Origin: Candidatus Latescibacterota bacterium
GTDB lineage: Bacteria; Latescibacterota; UBA2968; UBA8231
Reading direction: 5' to 3'
DNA: 64,000 bases
Assembly (NCBI GenBank): GCA_965243025.1
Contig: CBDETY010000003.1
Location: 5,638,198 to 5,702,197 of the forward strand
This document shows, in pieces, positions 37,552 through 47,548 of the stretch (position 1 is the first letter of the stretch; every line of letters begins with the position of its first letter). Both the position numbers and the translations under genes were made by a program. Below the pieces are notes generated by a model, which did no database searches, had not been told where the DNA came from, and saw only the letters and a program-made list of their open reading frames with translations.

Positions 37552-40167
37552 TCAGTAGGCTACGTGCACCAGTCGGTGAACCGAGGTTCGAACGACTTCC
37601 GAATCCGGGTGGATTTTGATCCTCAGCAGGTAGATGCCCGGAGGTACGATTCCACCCGAGGTGCTTTTTCCGTTCCAGGTGAGAGAGTGGCGGCCGGCGG
37701 TTCTGGCTTCGACGCTCAGCCGGTTGACCAGCCTGCCGCCCAGATCGTACACCTCCACCTGGACGGGAATGGGAGATCCGAGCCGCAGCAGCGAGAAACC
37801 GACCTCCATCATGTCGTTGATTCCGTCGCCGTTCGGGGTAAAGCTGTCATCCGTTTCGAGGTCCCCGAGCAAGGTCCCCTGCTCCAGGGCAAGAACAACG
37901 GTGGTTTCGCTGTCCTCGACTCCGTTGGCATCGCCGTCGTCCACCCTCTGCCATGAACCGTCGAAGCCGGAATGACCCAGCGACCCGTTAAAGAAAGTGT
38001 TGTACCCGAAAACCGTGGTCTCGTACCGCACTTCGACCAAAGCGGATCCCCGCGTCGTTCTGACCGGGGCAGGGAGACGCAGCCAGAGTGAATCGGCGTC
38101 GTTCCTGACTACTTCGAAGCCCGCACTCCCTGTCACGTAGCGGACGGCCGACTCGCCGGTCACGTTCACCTCGGCCCGCTCGAAGGTCATGGCGATTCCC
38201 TCGGGGGCCTCGATGAGGATCTCGTCAAACCCCAGGCTTTCCCCATCGAAGGCGGAGCGGACGAAATAGGACAGTTCCTGTCTGGCGCCGAGTGTCTTCA
38301 AACGGGAAGGCAAGACCTCCCCGACGATACTCTTCGCCACCGGAGTTGCGAAGTTCAGCTGCACGGAACGCAGGGAGGCAGCCGCCATCGGGACCTCGGT
38401 CAGGAAGGTCGCGCGAATGGCGGCGTATTTTCTCGGACTTGGGGAGCTGATCCTGTCGCCCGAGCTGAAATAGGGCTGGCTCCAGCCGCTCCATTCGCTG
38501 CCCGGTACCTTTTCGACCACCGCCCGCCCCACCGCATTCTCGCCGAAGTATTTCTTGTCGGAAGCGTACGCTTCGGCGGCTTCTTCGTCCGTGCCGGGGT
38601 ACTTTTCCCCGTTCTTCTGGTAGTAGTGGGTCTTTGTCTGGAAGGTATCGCCGGTTCGGGTCTGCAGAATCAGTTCGGTGCCCGGGGGTACGTCGGCGTC
38701 CCACTGGATCGTCGTCAGGTTCCGGGGGGTGCCGGCGATCTCGATGAACGAAGACTCGCCTTCGAACGCGGACGAAATCCGCGACTCCGGCATGTACCCT
38801 TCCCCGAAGAACTGCATCTCCGACAACCCGGACCTGTCGCTTACGAACCAGTCGCCGAGTCCGAAGGTAAAGGCGACGTGTTCCACTTTCGTGAGCGGGA
38901 ACTTCAGGTCGTTGTACCGGTTGCCGGAGGCGAGATTCTCGAAGGAACCCACTGTTTTCCAGGCGAGTTCCCCGTCTGCATGAGTGCTGCCGTCCGAGAC
39001 CTGGATCCGGTAGGTGGGAAACGGAGCAGTGAACGTCCCGGCGGCATGCAGCACCCGGATGTTGTCGAGGAAGTAGGAGCCGCCGAGATCTATGAACAGG
39101 GAGCGCTCCAGGTCCGGAGGGTCCCAGGGCAACAGCTTGTCGGGGTCGAAGTAGGCATTGGTGGACCAGTGGGGCACCTTGCCGAAATAGTCTCCGTCGA
39201 CCACCGCCATCTCCGAGCCGCTGTTGTCGGAACTGGTCACTTTCCCGCCCCGGTCGAGAACGCCCGTGCCGATGTTGTCCCCGATCGCCCAGACCTCGAT
39301 CTCGGCCAGCCTGGGGCGCTCGCGGCGGTAGTGGATTACCGGCCCCTGCATGCCGCTGCCGGCCAGCCGGTCCCAGTCCTCCCTGCCATCGAGCGGGTCA
39401 CGGTTCCCCCGGGCATCCTCCCGGAAATAGAGGACATCCCCTTTCTGTTCGGGCGGCAGGTCCTCGTACGTGCCAGGGGAAACCTCTCTGCTTTTTCCGA
39501 AGTCGCTGTCAGTTATCCCGATTCCCACGTAGCGGATCACGTCGCCGCTGAAGTCGCCGGCGACATCCGGCCACTTGGTCGCCAGCTGCCTGGTCAGATC
39601 GATCTCGAACCGGCGCTCGTTCTTGACCGGTCTGTTCGTGGTGAACCGGGTGCGGAACAGCATCGGTTCGACCGGTCTCTCACCCTGGGAGGTGGTCACC
39701 TTGAAGTGCAGGAAAGGGTCCCCGACCTCTTCTTCGACAAACTCGAGGACGATCCGGGTGGCCGATACCGTCCGTCCCAGGTCGATTTGCACCCACCAGT
39801 CCTCCAGCAGGTCGGACCGGTCCGGTTCCCACCAGGTGTCCAGCCTGCCATCCATCAGGTTGGCGGCGTCCAGGGCGTTGGATCCGGCATCCCTTATTCC
39901 TCCGCCGAAATCCGCGGCGTTGAGGACGGCGTTGATGCCGGGAACGACGGTTTCCCCGCCGTCTGTTTCCAACCGGGTGCTTTTCCGAACGAAGGTGGGC
40001 ATCACCCCTTCGTCGGAGATGTGGATAGTCCCTGCGGCGGAACGCCAGCGTTCCCAGTGTTCCCGGGAATCGATTACGACTTTCCCGGGCAACAACGAGT
40101 AACCCCCCTGTGCCCAGCATGCGGCCGGAAGGGCCAGCGGGGACAGCAGGAAGACGAACTCCCTCAA
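37552..40167 (-). CDS. large secreted discoidin-like (F5/8 type C-like) multi-domain protein with FlgD-Ig-like C-terminal domain, paralog 1
   Basis: TTG 40167 gives the signal peptide (M)REFVFLLSPLALPAACWAQ. Discoidin-like LMDGRLDTWWEP...WWVQIDLGRTVSATRIVLEF, and a second copy VVDGDYFG...LFIDLGGSYFLDNIRVL. C-terminus FTPNGDGINDMMEV...VEVYDLGGRLV...GRHSLTWNG...PPGIYLLRI. Confidence 0.85.
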   Translation of the reverse strand: MREFVFLLSPLALPAACWAQGGYSLLPGKVVIDSREHWERWRSAAGTIHISDEGVMPTFVRKSTRLETDGGETVVPGINAVLNAADFGGGIRDAGSNALDAANLMDGRLDTWWEPDRSDLLEDWWVQIDLGRTVSATRIVLEFVEEEVGDPFLHFKVTTSQGERPVEPMLFRTRFTTNRPVKNERRFEIDLTRQLATKWPDVAGDFSGDVIRYVGIGITDSDFGKSREVSPGTYEDLPPEQKGDVLYFREDARGNRDPLDGREDWDRLAGSGMQGPVIHYRRERPRLAEIEVWAIGDNIGTGVLDRGGKVTSSDNSGSEMAVVDGDYFGKVPHWSTNAYFDPDKLLPWDPPDLERSLFIDLGGSYFLDNIRVLHAAGTFTAPFPTYRIQVSDGSTHADGELAWKTVGSFENLASGNRYNDLKFPLTKVEHVAFTFGLGDWFVSDRSGLSEMQFFGEGYMPESRISSAFEGESSFIEIAGTPRNLTTIQWDADVPPGTELILQTRTGDTFQTKTHYYQKNGEKYPGTDEEAAEAYASDKKYFGENAVGRAVVEKVPGSEWSGWSQPYFSSGDRISSPSPRKYAAIRATFLTEVPMAAASLRSVQLNFATPVAKSIVGEVLPSRLKTLGARQELSYFVRSAFDGESLGFDEILIEAPEGIAMTFERAEVNVTGESAVRYVTGSAGFEVVRNDADSLWLRLPAPVRTTRGSALVEVRYETTVFGYNTFFNGSLGHSGFDGSWQRVDDGDANGVEDSETTVVLALEQGTLLGDLETDDSFTPNGDGINDMMEVGFSLLRLGSPIPVQVEVYDLGGRLVNRLSVEARTAGRHSLTWNGKSTSGGIVPPGIYLLRIKIHPDSEVVRTSVHRLVHVAY

Positions 40168-40482
40168 GGTTCGCGGAATCGCAGTCAGTAGTTTTCTATC
40201 GGTCTTGACCGACCCGGGTTGATGAAACCAGGCGGGTCGGCGCCTTCCCGCGTGCGGATGGCTACCCGGGCGTGGGCTTTCCGTCCCGACCAGCTGATAT
40301 CCCCCAAGTTGGGGATGTTGGTGTATAGGGAAAAAAGGCACCTTTTATGATTCTCGGCCAAGGCGCTGATGAGTATGGGCAACTCTCTTCCCGTGGACTC
40401 CCGACCTCCCATTCCGTCCCACATGGTGCTGAATCCGGGACAGGATGCAGCCTCAATACCGCGGAAGCATTTCCCGAAAGCA

Positions 40483-42399
40483 ATGGCGATTCTTCTGCTT
40501 GTAACTGCCGCTCTTGCCGTCGACGTCCACAGGGGTTGGGGGGTGGTCGTCTACCGCATCGGAACCCCGTTCACCGCGGTGGAAAGGGACAGCCTCCGCG
40601 GCCTCGGCATCGATGTCGAGGAAATCCCCTGGTGGCCCTCGCTGGGGCACGACGCTGTCGAGCAGGACTCGCTGCAAGCCGGTTCGCTGCAACCCGACTT
40701 CTTCGACCAAGACGAAGATATCGCCGCGACTCTGTTGATCAGGGGCGGGCGGGTCGCTGCCAATATCAGCTACTTGACCAGAGATCCGAAGCTCCAGGTG
40801 ATGGTCGATGGCGACCCGGCCACGGCCTGGACATGGGCCGAGGTGACCCCGGAAAGTTTCGCAACCTTTCATCGGAACACCTGGGGTGTGATGCTCGGTC
40901 TGGGTGGTGAGTTTCTCGTCAGGGAAGTGGTTTTCAGACCGCTTGCGCACCGGCCCGATCACTACCTCGAGAATGTCCAGATCCTGGTCCGTGACCAAGG
41001 CGAAGGCGACTATGGGCCGTACGCGCATTTTCAGATGGTTGCGGAGGTGAAAGAAAACACGGAACCGGATGTCAGGGTGACCCTCGATCCGCCGGTGACT
41101 GCCGGAGAAGTCTGGTTGAGGATCATTCGGCATACCCCGAAAGAGGTCGGCATCGCCGATATCGAAATCTATGGCGGAGGGTTCGTGAGACATGCCTACT
41201 ACGAATCGGAGGTCATCGAAATGGAGGATCTCGCCAGCTGGGGAGAGATTCACTGGGAAGGGCGCCGGGATCCCGAAGCCCGCGTCGAGATTCGCACCCG
41301 GACCGGAGATGATCCACAGCCGGAAATTTTCTGGGAACAGAGGACCGAACATCAGGACCGGATCAGATTCCTCCAGGGCGGGGGCGACCTGGACTTCGCC
41401 GAATACAATCGCCAGTACGATCTGCTCGACGAGTTCCGAAAGCCCGGGGAACCGGATCGGAGAAGGACGGTCGACGTTGAAAACTGGAGCTACTGGTCCA
41501 GTCCCTATCCGTTCGAAACTCCAGGGGTCGCCATCGCCTCTCCAAGCCCGCGGAAGTTCATCCAGCTGAAAACGGAATTCCTGTCTACCGTCATGCACGG
41601 CGGGAAGATCGACTACATACAGCTCAGGGCCTCCGTTCCGCCGGCGGTCGGTGGGCTCGTCGGTGAGATCCACCCCACCGAGACTCGACTGGGTGAGGTC
41701 TCGCGTTTCACCTACTTCGTCAAGCCGACCATTCGCGCCGGAGACAGGGGATTCGACGGCATCGAGATTTCCACCCCTTCCGGAGTGGTATCGGTGGACT
41801 CGCTGCGCATAAACCGGATCGATCAGGAGTTCTCCTGGTCGGTCAACGCGGACGGCCTGGGGTTCGAGGTCATGCTTCCGCGCAGATTGGAACCCGCAGA
41901 CAGCGGGGTGCTGGTGGAGGTGGTGTTCAGCGCCACGGTGTTGAGAGAGGTGGGAAACCTGTTTGCAGGCAGGGCGATCGATACTTCGAGGCCGCAGGAA
42001 GTGCGCCAGAGGATTCTTCCAGGCAATGCAGCTCATGAGATAGACAGCGATCGTCTGTCAGTGACCACCGCGTTGAGCAACTCGCTGCTGTTGGGCTGGA
42101 AGATTTCGCCGAATCCGTTTACGCCCAACGGGGACGGCATTAACGATGCTGCGAAAATCTCCTACAAGCTCGTACGGGTCACCTCTCCGGTGCGGGTGTC
42201 CATCGGGATATACTCCCTGTCGGGCCGGCTGGTGAAGCAGGTCTACGAAGGGGAGAGTCCGATCGGTGAGTATGCTCGTTTCTGGGATGGAACGGACAGT
42301 TCGGACAGGCCGGTGGCTCCCGGGCTGTACCTGTATCGAATCGCGGCCGACGTGCGCCATCGGGAAACCGGCATCGGCATCCTGTCAGTGGCTTACTGA
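40483..42399 (+). CDS. secreted discoidin-like protein with FlgD-Ig-like C-terminal domain, shorter paralog 2
   Basis: Signal/anchor MAILLLVTAALAV. It shares the middle and C-terminal modules with the flanking paralogs (EIEIYGGGF, SPSPRKFIQLKTEFLS, FTPNGDGINDAAKISY...IGIYSLSGRLV...PGLYLYRI). Confidence 0.8.
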   Translation: MAILLLVTAALAVDVHRGWGVVVYRIGTPFTAVERDSLRGLGIDVEEIPWWPSLGHDAVEQDSLQAGSLQPDFFDQDEDIAATLLIRGGRVAANISYLTRDPKLQVMVDGDPATAWTWAEVTPESFATFHRNTWGVMLGLGGEFLVREVVFRPLAHRPDHYLENVQILVRDQGEGDYGPYAHFQMVAEVKENTEPDVRVTLDPPVTAGEVWLRIIRHTPKEVGIADIEIYGGGFVRHAYYESEVIEMEDLASWGEIHWEGRRDPEARVEIRTRTGDDPQPEIFWEQRTEHQDRIRFLQGGGDLDFAEYNRQYDLLDEFRKPGEPDRRRTVDVENWSYWSSPYPFETPGVAIASPSPRKFIQLKTEFLSTVMHGGKIDYIQLRASVPPAVGGLVGEIHPTETRLGEVSRFTYFVKPTIRAGDRGFDGIEISTPSGVVSVDSLRINRIDQEFSWSVNADGLGFEVMLPRRLEPADSGVLVEVVFSATVLREVGNLFAGRAIDTSRPQEVRQRILPGNAAHEIDSDRLSVTTALSNSLLLGWKISPNPFTPNGDGINDAAKISYKLVRVTSPVRVSIGIYSLSGRLVKQVYEGESPIGEYARFWDGTDSSDRPVAPGLYLYRIAADVRHRETGIGILSVAY

Positions 42400-42731
42400 T
42401 CCCCGTACTTCACCGCGGCCTGGTCCCCCTCCGGCCTCGGGGCCGCGCTCCGGAGGGTCGTCCCGGCCGCCGCCGGCCTGGCGGTGGCAGATCACTCGCG
42501 GTCGAACATGGGGGTGGATATCACCGCCGGCAGGGGTTGGCTCGGAGCAGTCGGGCCGGTGCGCCGGTGCGAATCTGTTCTGATCGCTCCCATATTACCG
42601 TATACTTACGGCCAATACCTGTTCGGCGGCATCCGTTCGGTGGAACAGGCGTCCGACAGGCCCCCGCTTTCTGTCCTGCTTCGCGCTCCGTTTCGGAGGC
42701 AGGACCGGCACATCCTCTGTGAGGCTGCCCC

Positions 42732-45389
42732 ATGGGAACTGCGCTCACCTGCTTTCTCGCCTGCCTTCTCCTCGCAGCTCCCGGCCGCGGCCAGGAGGGC
42801 TTCTCCCTCGAGTTGGGCCGAGCCGTGGTCGACTCGAAGGAGCAGTGGGAGCGCTGGCACGCCCCCTTCAAGACCATCCGGATCACCGACGAGGGCGTGA
42901 AGCCCGCCTTTATCCGCAAGAGCACCCTTCTCGACATCGACGGCCGGGAAACCGTCGTTCCCGGGATCAACGCCGTCCTCAACGCCTGGGAGTTCGGCGG
43001 AGGCGCAACCGTGGCCGGTTCCAACCTCGGTGCCGCTCCCGCCCTGATGGACGGCCGCCTGGACACCTGGTGGGAGCCGGACCGGTCTGACCGGCTCGAG
43101 GACTGGTGGGTGGAGGTCGATCTGGGACGCACCGTTTCGGCCAACCGCATCGTGCTCAGGTTCGTCGGCGAGGAGTTCGGAGATCCATTCCTGCATTTCA
43201 AGGTGACCACCTCCCAGGGAGAGACGGTCGTCGGTCCGCGCATCTTCAGGACCCGGTTCGTCACCGGAAACCCGGTCAAGAACGAACGGGTGTTCGAGAT
43301 CGACCTGACCAAGCAGCTTCCCACCAAGTGGCCGAGGGTGACCGGCGACTTCACGGGGGACGTGATCCGCTATGTCGGAGTCGGCATCACCGGCAGCGAC
43401 TACGGCAAGGCGAGGCGGGTCACGCAGGAGGAGTACGAAGCCCTTCCCCCCGAGCACCAGGGAGACATCGAGTACTTCCGGCAGCGTCCCTCCGGCAGCC
43501 TGACCCTGCTCGAGGAGGGGAAGGAGGGCTGGGACGCCCTGGCCGGCACCGCCAGCCAGGGGCCGGCGGTCCATTACCGCCGCGAGCTTCCCAGGCTGGC
43601 CGAGATCGAGGTGTGGGCGATCGGGGACAACATCGGCACCGGGGTGCTGGAGCGCGGCGGCGCGGTGACCAGCGACGAGAACAGCGGCGAAGAAGGGGCC
43701 GTGGTCGACGGGGACTTCTTCGGCGAGGTGATCTACTGGACCGCCCGGGGGGCCTACAACCCGAACCTGCTGCCCACCTCGGCGCCGGCCGACATCGAAC
43801 GCCAGCTGGTCGTCGACCTGGGGGGCGCGTTTTTCCTCGACAACATCCGGGTGCTGCAGATCGCCGCCCCGGCGCACACGGGACCCTTCCCCGACTACCA
43901 CATCCGCCTCTCGGACGGGTCGACCAACGCCGGCGGAACCCTGGCCTGGAAGACGGTGGGCTCGGTGTCCGGCCTCGAAACCACGGGGAGGAGCCCGACC
44001 AGCCAGCGCTACAACGACTTCAAGTTCCCGCTCACGGTCGCCAAGTATTTCTCCTTCACCTACCGGGTCTTCCCCAACACCCGATGGGTGGGAATCGCCC
44101 AGGACTTCGGTCTCTCCGAAATCCAGTTTTTCGGCGAAGGGTTCATGCCGGAGTCCTGGATCGAATCGGTTTTCGGAGGGGAGTCGCCGTACATCGAGCT
44201 GGGCGACCAGCCCCAGAACCTGGCGACGATCGAGTGGGACGCCGATACCCCTCCCGGCACCGACCTGGTCCTGCAGACGCGGACCGGCAACACGGTCGAG
44301 ACGGTGACCCATTACTACAAGAACAACGGGGATGTATACCCCGGCACCGAAGAGGAAGCGGCCAAAGCCTACAACAGCGACAAGGATCTTTTCGGCGAGA
44401 ACTCGGTCGGTCCGGCCATCACCGAGACCATACCGGGTCCGGACTGGAGCGGCTGGAGCCAGCCGTATTTCGAGCCGGGAGAGAAGATCACCTCGCCGAG
44501 TCCGCGCCGCTACGTGTCGATCCGGGCGACGTTCCTGACGGAAGATCCGATGGCGGCCGCGACGCTGCGTTCGCTGGCGCTGAACTTCGTGACGCCGGTG
44601 GCCGGGGCGATCGTGGGGGAGGTGCTGCCGTCCCGTCTGGAGGAGATCGGCCTGAAGCAGGAGCTGTCCTACTTCGTGCGCTCGACTTTCGAGGAGGGCA
44701 GCCAGGGGTTCGACGAGGTGCTCATCGAGGCGCCGGACGGGGTGGAGATGTCGCTGAGGCAGGCGCAGGTGAACGTCACCGGCCGGGAAGCGGTGACCTA
44801 CACCCCCGGCAGCGAGGGCTTCGAGGTGGTTCGGAACGAGTCGGACTCGCTGTGGGTGCGCTTTCCCGAGGCGCTCAAGACGACGAGCGGCTCGGTGCTT
44901 GTCGAGGTCGCGTTCGAAGCGACGATTTTCGGATACAACACCTACTTCATCGGCTCGACGGGTCACTCGGAGTTCGCGAACTCGTGGCAGCGGGTGGATG
45001 ACGGGGATGCCAACGGGGTCAACGACAGCGAGACGACGGTGGTGCTGGCCCTGGAGCCCGGAGAGCTGCTGGGGAACCTGGAGATCGACGGCAGCTTCAC
45101 ACCGAACGGGGACGGCGTCAACGAGGAGCTGGAGGTGGGGTATTCGCTGATGCGGGTGGGAAGAGCCGCCCCGGTGCGGGTGGAGGTGTATGACCTGGGC
45201 GGCCGCCTGGTGAGCCGCTTGAGCGACGACTCGCAGGAGGCGGGCCGCCACAAGGTGACCTGGACCGGCAGGGACGGCTCGGGGGGACTGGCTCCCCCGG
45301 GCATCTACCTGTTGCGCATCGACCTGGACGTCGACGACAAGTCGGGCAAGAACAGCTCCGTCCACCGGCTGGTGCATCTCGCGTACTGA
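42732..45389 (+). CDS. large secreted discoidin-like multi-domain protein with FlgD-Ig-like C-terminal domain, paralog 3
   Basis: Signal peptide MGTALTCFLACLLLAAPGRG. It is collinear with paralog 1 over the full length, at roughly two-thirds identical residues by eye. Confidence 0.9.
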   Translation: MGTALTCFLACLLLAAPGRGQEGFSLELGRAVVDSKEQWERWHAPFKTIRITDEGVKPAFIRKSTLLDIDGRETVVPGINAVLNAWEFGGGATVAGSNLGAAPALMDGRLDTWWEPDRSDRLEDWWVEVDLGRTVSANRIVLRFVGEEFGDPFLHFKVTTSQGETVVGPRIFRTRFVTGNPVKNERVFEIDLTKQLPTKWPRVTGDFTGDVIRYVGVGITGSDYGKARRVTQEEYEALPPEHQGDIEYFRQRPSGSLTLLEEGKEGWDALAGTASQGPAVHYRRELPRLAEIEVWAIGDNIGTGVLERGGAVTSDENSGEEGAVVDGDFFGEVIYWTARGAYNPNLLPTSAPADIERQLVVDLGGAFFLDNIRVLQIAAPAHTGPFPDYHIRLSDGSTNAGGTLAWKTVGSVSGLETTGRSPTSQRYNDFKFPLTVAKYFSFTYRVFPNTRWVGIAQDFGLSEIQFFGEGFMPESWIESVFGGESPYIELGDQPQNLATIEWDADTPPGTDLVLQTRTGNTVETVTHYYKNNGDVYPGTEEEAAKAYNSDKDLFGENSVGPAITETIPGPDWSGWSQPYFEPGEKITSPSPRRYVSIRATFLTEDPMAAATLRSLALNFVTPVAGAIVGEVLPSRLEEIGLKQELSYFVRSTFEEGSQGFDEVLIEAPDGVEMSLRQAQVNVTGREAVTYTPGSEGFEVVRNESDSLWVRFPEALKTTSGSVLVEVAFEATIFGYNTYFIGSTGHSEFANSWQRVDDGDANGVNDSETTVVLALEPGELLGNLEIDGSFTPNGDGVNEELEVGYSLMRVGRAAPVRVEVYDLGGRLVSRLSDDSQEAGRHKVTWTGRDGSGGLAPPGIYLLRIDLDVDDKSGKNSSVHRLVHLAY

Positions 45390-45694
45390 TTCCGACGCGG
45401 GGAAACCCCCCTGAGAAACAAGGCCTGAATCAGGCCGAGCGGCGTCATGGCCCGCCCAATCCATCGCCGCCGACTTCCGCAACTTCCGCTGCGCTCCTTC
45501 CTCTCTCTCAGAAAAGCCTTGAAACGCGAAGGTCGCGGTACCTGGCGCGGGTGCGCTGCACCTCGAGCCAGATGAAAACCGGGACTCCGGTTTGAAGGAC
45601 AACCATCCCGGCGCCCGCGGGGGCCGCCCCCGGGCGACTTCCTCATCAGTACCCGGTGGGTAAGTTCCAGGCCAGCCGAGTCGTGGGGGTGGTG

Positions 45695-46594
45695 TTACCT
45701 CGTCAGCGTTCCGGCGAAATGGTCGAGGAAGCGCGGCGCATCCACCGCCACGCACACGTCGGTGTTTGGCTCGGCATCCCTTGCCGGGGCCGGAACCGTC
45801 GCCCCGTTGAGGTGCCCGGACCTCGTCTCCACCTCGATCCGCATGGGCCGCGTCTCGCAGAAGGTGGGATCGAACACCATGGCGACGGCCAGCGGATCGT
45901 GCAGTAACGGCCGGCGCTGCGGGTTGTCACCCCGCCAGAGCTGGATCAGCTCGAAGCAGAGCCGGTTGATCGGGCGGTCCACGGCCCCGACCGCCCGCAC
46001 CTGGTCCAAGCTCATGCGGCACTGCTCGGTCACGTCCAGGCCGACCATGGTGATCGGAACCCCGGTCCCGAACACGATGCGCGTTGCCTCCGGATCGCAC
46101 AGGGCGTTCCACTCCGGGCGGGGGCGGTTGGTGCACCCGCCCATCAGGCAGATCCTGGCTCTGTCGGCCATGCGGGGTTCTATAGTGAAGGCGGCCGCGA
46201 TGTTCGTCAGCGGGCCGATCGGCACCAGGGTGACGTCGCCGGCGCCGCTCATGACGGTGTCGACGATGAAGTCGACCGCGCCCCGGGACGCGGGCCTGGT
46301 CGATGCCGGGTATCGCTCGAGCGCCTGCATCTGGTGCGGCTCATGTGCCGCGATCGCCGCCCGGCCCTCGGTCACCGAATCGAGCAGGGGCTTCCCCAGG
46401 CCGGCGTAAACCCCGACGTCGCTCCGCCCCAGCGCCTCCAGCACGCAGCAGGCGAGCTCGGCCCGGCGGACGGTGTCGCGGAACACGGTGGTGACCCCGA
46501 GCAACTCGATCTCCCCGCACATGAGTGCGTACGCGAGCGCCAGCGCGTCGTCGATGTCGTCCCCGATGTCGGTGTCCAGGATGATCTTGTGCAC
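45695..46594 (-). CDS. inosine/uridine-preferring nucleoside hydrolase family protein
   Basis: N-terminal fingerprint ILDTDIGDDIDDALALAYAL. Confidence 0.85.
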   Translation of the reverse strand: MHKIILDTDIGDDIDDALALAYALMCGEIELLGVTTVFRDTVRRAELACCVLEALGRSDVGVYAGLGKPLLDSVTEGRAAIAAHEPHQMQALERYPASTRPASRGAVDFIVDTVMSGAGDVTLVPIGPLTNIAAAFTIEPRMADRARICLMGGCTNRPRPEWNALCDPEATRIVFGTGVPITMVGLDVTEQCRMSLDQVRAVGAVDRPINRLCFELIQLWRGDNPQRRPLLHDPLAVAMVFDPTFCETRPMRIEVETRSGHLNGATVPAPARDAEPNTDVCVAVDAPRFLDHFAGTLTR

Positions 46595-46723
46595 TGCGCG
46601 CTCCTCTCCGGCGGGCAGACCGCCAAGGGTGGATCCATGTGCAGGTAAAAATAGAGCCGGCCGGGGAACAGACCCTGCCTGGACAGCCTCGAACGGGGCC
46701 GGATCGGTCAGGGTCGATGATTC

Positions 46724-47548
46724 TCAGGGGACCGCCACCGGCCGGGCCTTCCCCGATGTCGGGTCAGGCCGGACATCGGCCGCCTCCAGGGCGACGCGGA
46801 AACCGTAGTCGGTCAGCTGCCGGTCGGGCAGGATCGCCGAGCGGTGGGCGCAGCGGGTGACCTTGACGGCGTGCCGCCAGGAGCCGCCCCGGGAGGCGCG
46901 CCGCTGGCCGGCGGCCGGGCCGGGAGGGTTGCGGTCCGGGGAGACGGCGTAGTATCCCGGGTCGTACCAGTCCGAGCACCACTCGTGGACGAGGTCGCCC
47001 ATGTTGTGCAGGCCGTAGCCGTTTGGGGGGTCCCGGCCGACGCGGTCGGGGCGCTCAACGTCGTCGCCCCGGTAGCGGGGGTCCATCCAGTCGGGAGGGC
47101 CGTCGCCCCAGGGGTATTCCCGCTCCTCCATCCCGCCCCGGGAGGCCTTCTCGCGTTCGGCCTCGGTGGGGAGGCGGAAGGCGGCGTCCAGCTCGGCGGA
47201 GAGCCAGGCGCAGTAGGCGACGGCGTCGAACCAGCTCACCGCCACGGCCGGCTGCTCCGGGTCGGCGAAGCGCTCGTCCCCCCAGGAGCGCGGCGGCGGG
47301 CGGCCGGCCGCGTCGAGGAAGGACTGGTACTCGAGGCGGGTCACGGGCCGCAGGGCCAGGGCGAAGGCGTCGACCCAGACGCCGTGGGCGGGCGCCTCGT
47401 TGGCGCGGCCCCGGTCGCTGCCCATGCGGAACCGGCCCTCCGGGATCAGGGCCACCTCCGGCACCGCCGGGGGAACTGCGGCGGCGGAGTCCACCGCCCG
47501 GCTCATGAGCGGGCCGGAACTTCCCGGGACTCGACGATGCGCAGCCAT
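46724..47548 (-). CDS. formylglycine-generating-enzyme (FGE-sulfatase/SUMF1) domain protein, no signal peptide
   Basis: RMGSD...EAPAHGVWVDAF...PVT..EY..F, YGLHNMGDLVHEWCSDWY and RGGSWRH. The start is uncertain: ATG 47548 or 47506; the ORF is open to 47689. Confidence 0.75.
   Translation of the reverse strand: MAAHRRVPGSSGPLMSRAVDSAAAVPPAVPEVALIPEGRFRMGSDRGRANEAPAHGVWVDAFALALRPVTRLEYQSFLDAAGRPPPRSWGDERFADPEQPAVAVSWFDAVAYCAWLSAELDAAFRLPTEAEREKASRGGMEEREYPWGDGPPDWMDPRYRGDDVERPDRVGRDPPNGYGLHNMGDLVHEWCSDWYDPGYYAVSPDRNPPGPAAGQRRASRGGSWRHAVKVTRCAHRSAILPDRQLTDYGFRVALEAADVRPDPTSGKARPVAVP

Noticed and set aside
35187-40191. Long plus-strand ORFs 35187-36587 (466 aa) and 38626-40191 (521 aa)
   Set aside because: They are antisense to the PQQ-propeller gene and to paralog 1 respectively. 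Both real genes have signal peptides and family motifs.
45576-45593. Hairpin AAACCGG-gact-CCGGTTT as a bidirectional terminator between paralog 3 and the nucleoside hydrolase gene
   Set aside because: The stem is short and weak, with only a 3-4 nt U-tract. It is not convincing compared with the clear terminator at 36680-36710.
42606-45755. 1049-aa minus-strand ORF (plus the 631-aa plus-strand alternative frame 43106-45001)
   Set aside because: It is antisense or out of frame to the well-supported paralog-3 gene (signal peptide, domain motifs, paralog alignment). Its composition is Arg/Gly/Pro-biased.
45695-46594. Nucleoside hydrolase as a fourth component of the ATPase/STAND/sigma locus
   Set aside because: It lies on the opposite strand, separated by the FGE gene. 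The family is common in housekeeping nucleoside salvage. Nothing in the sequence links it to the operon.
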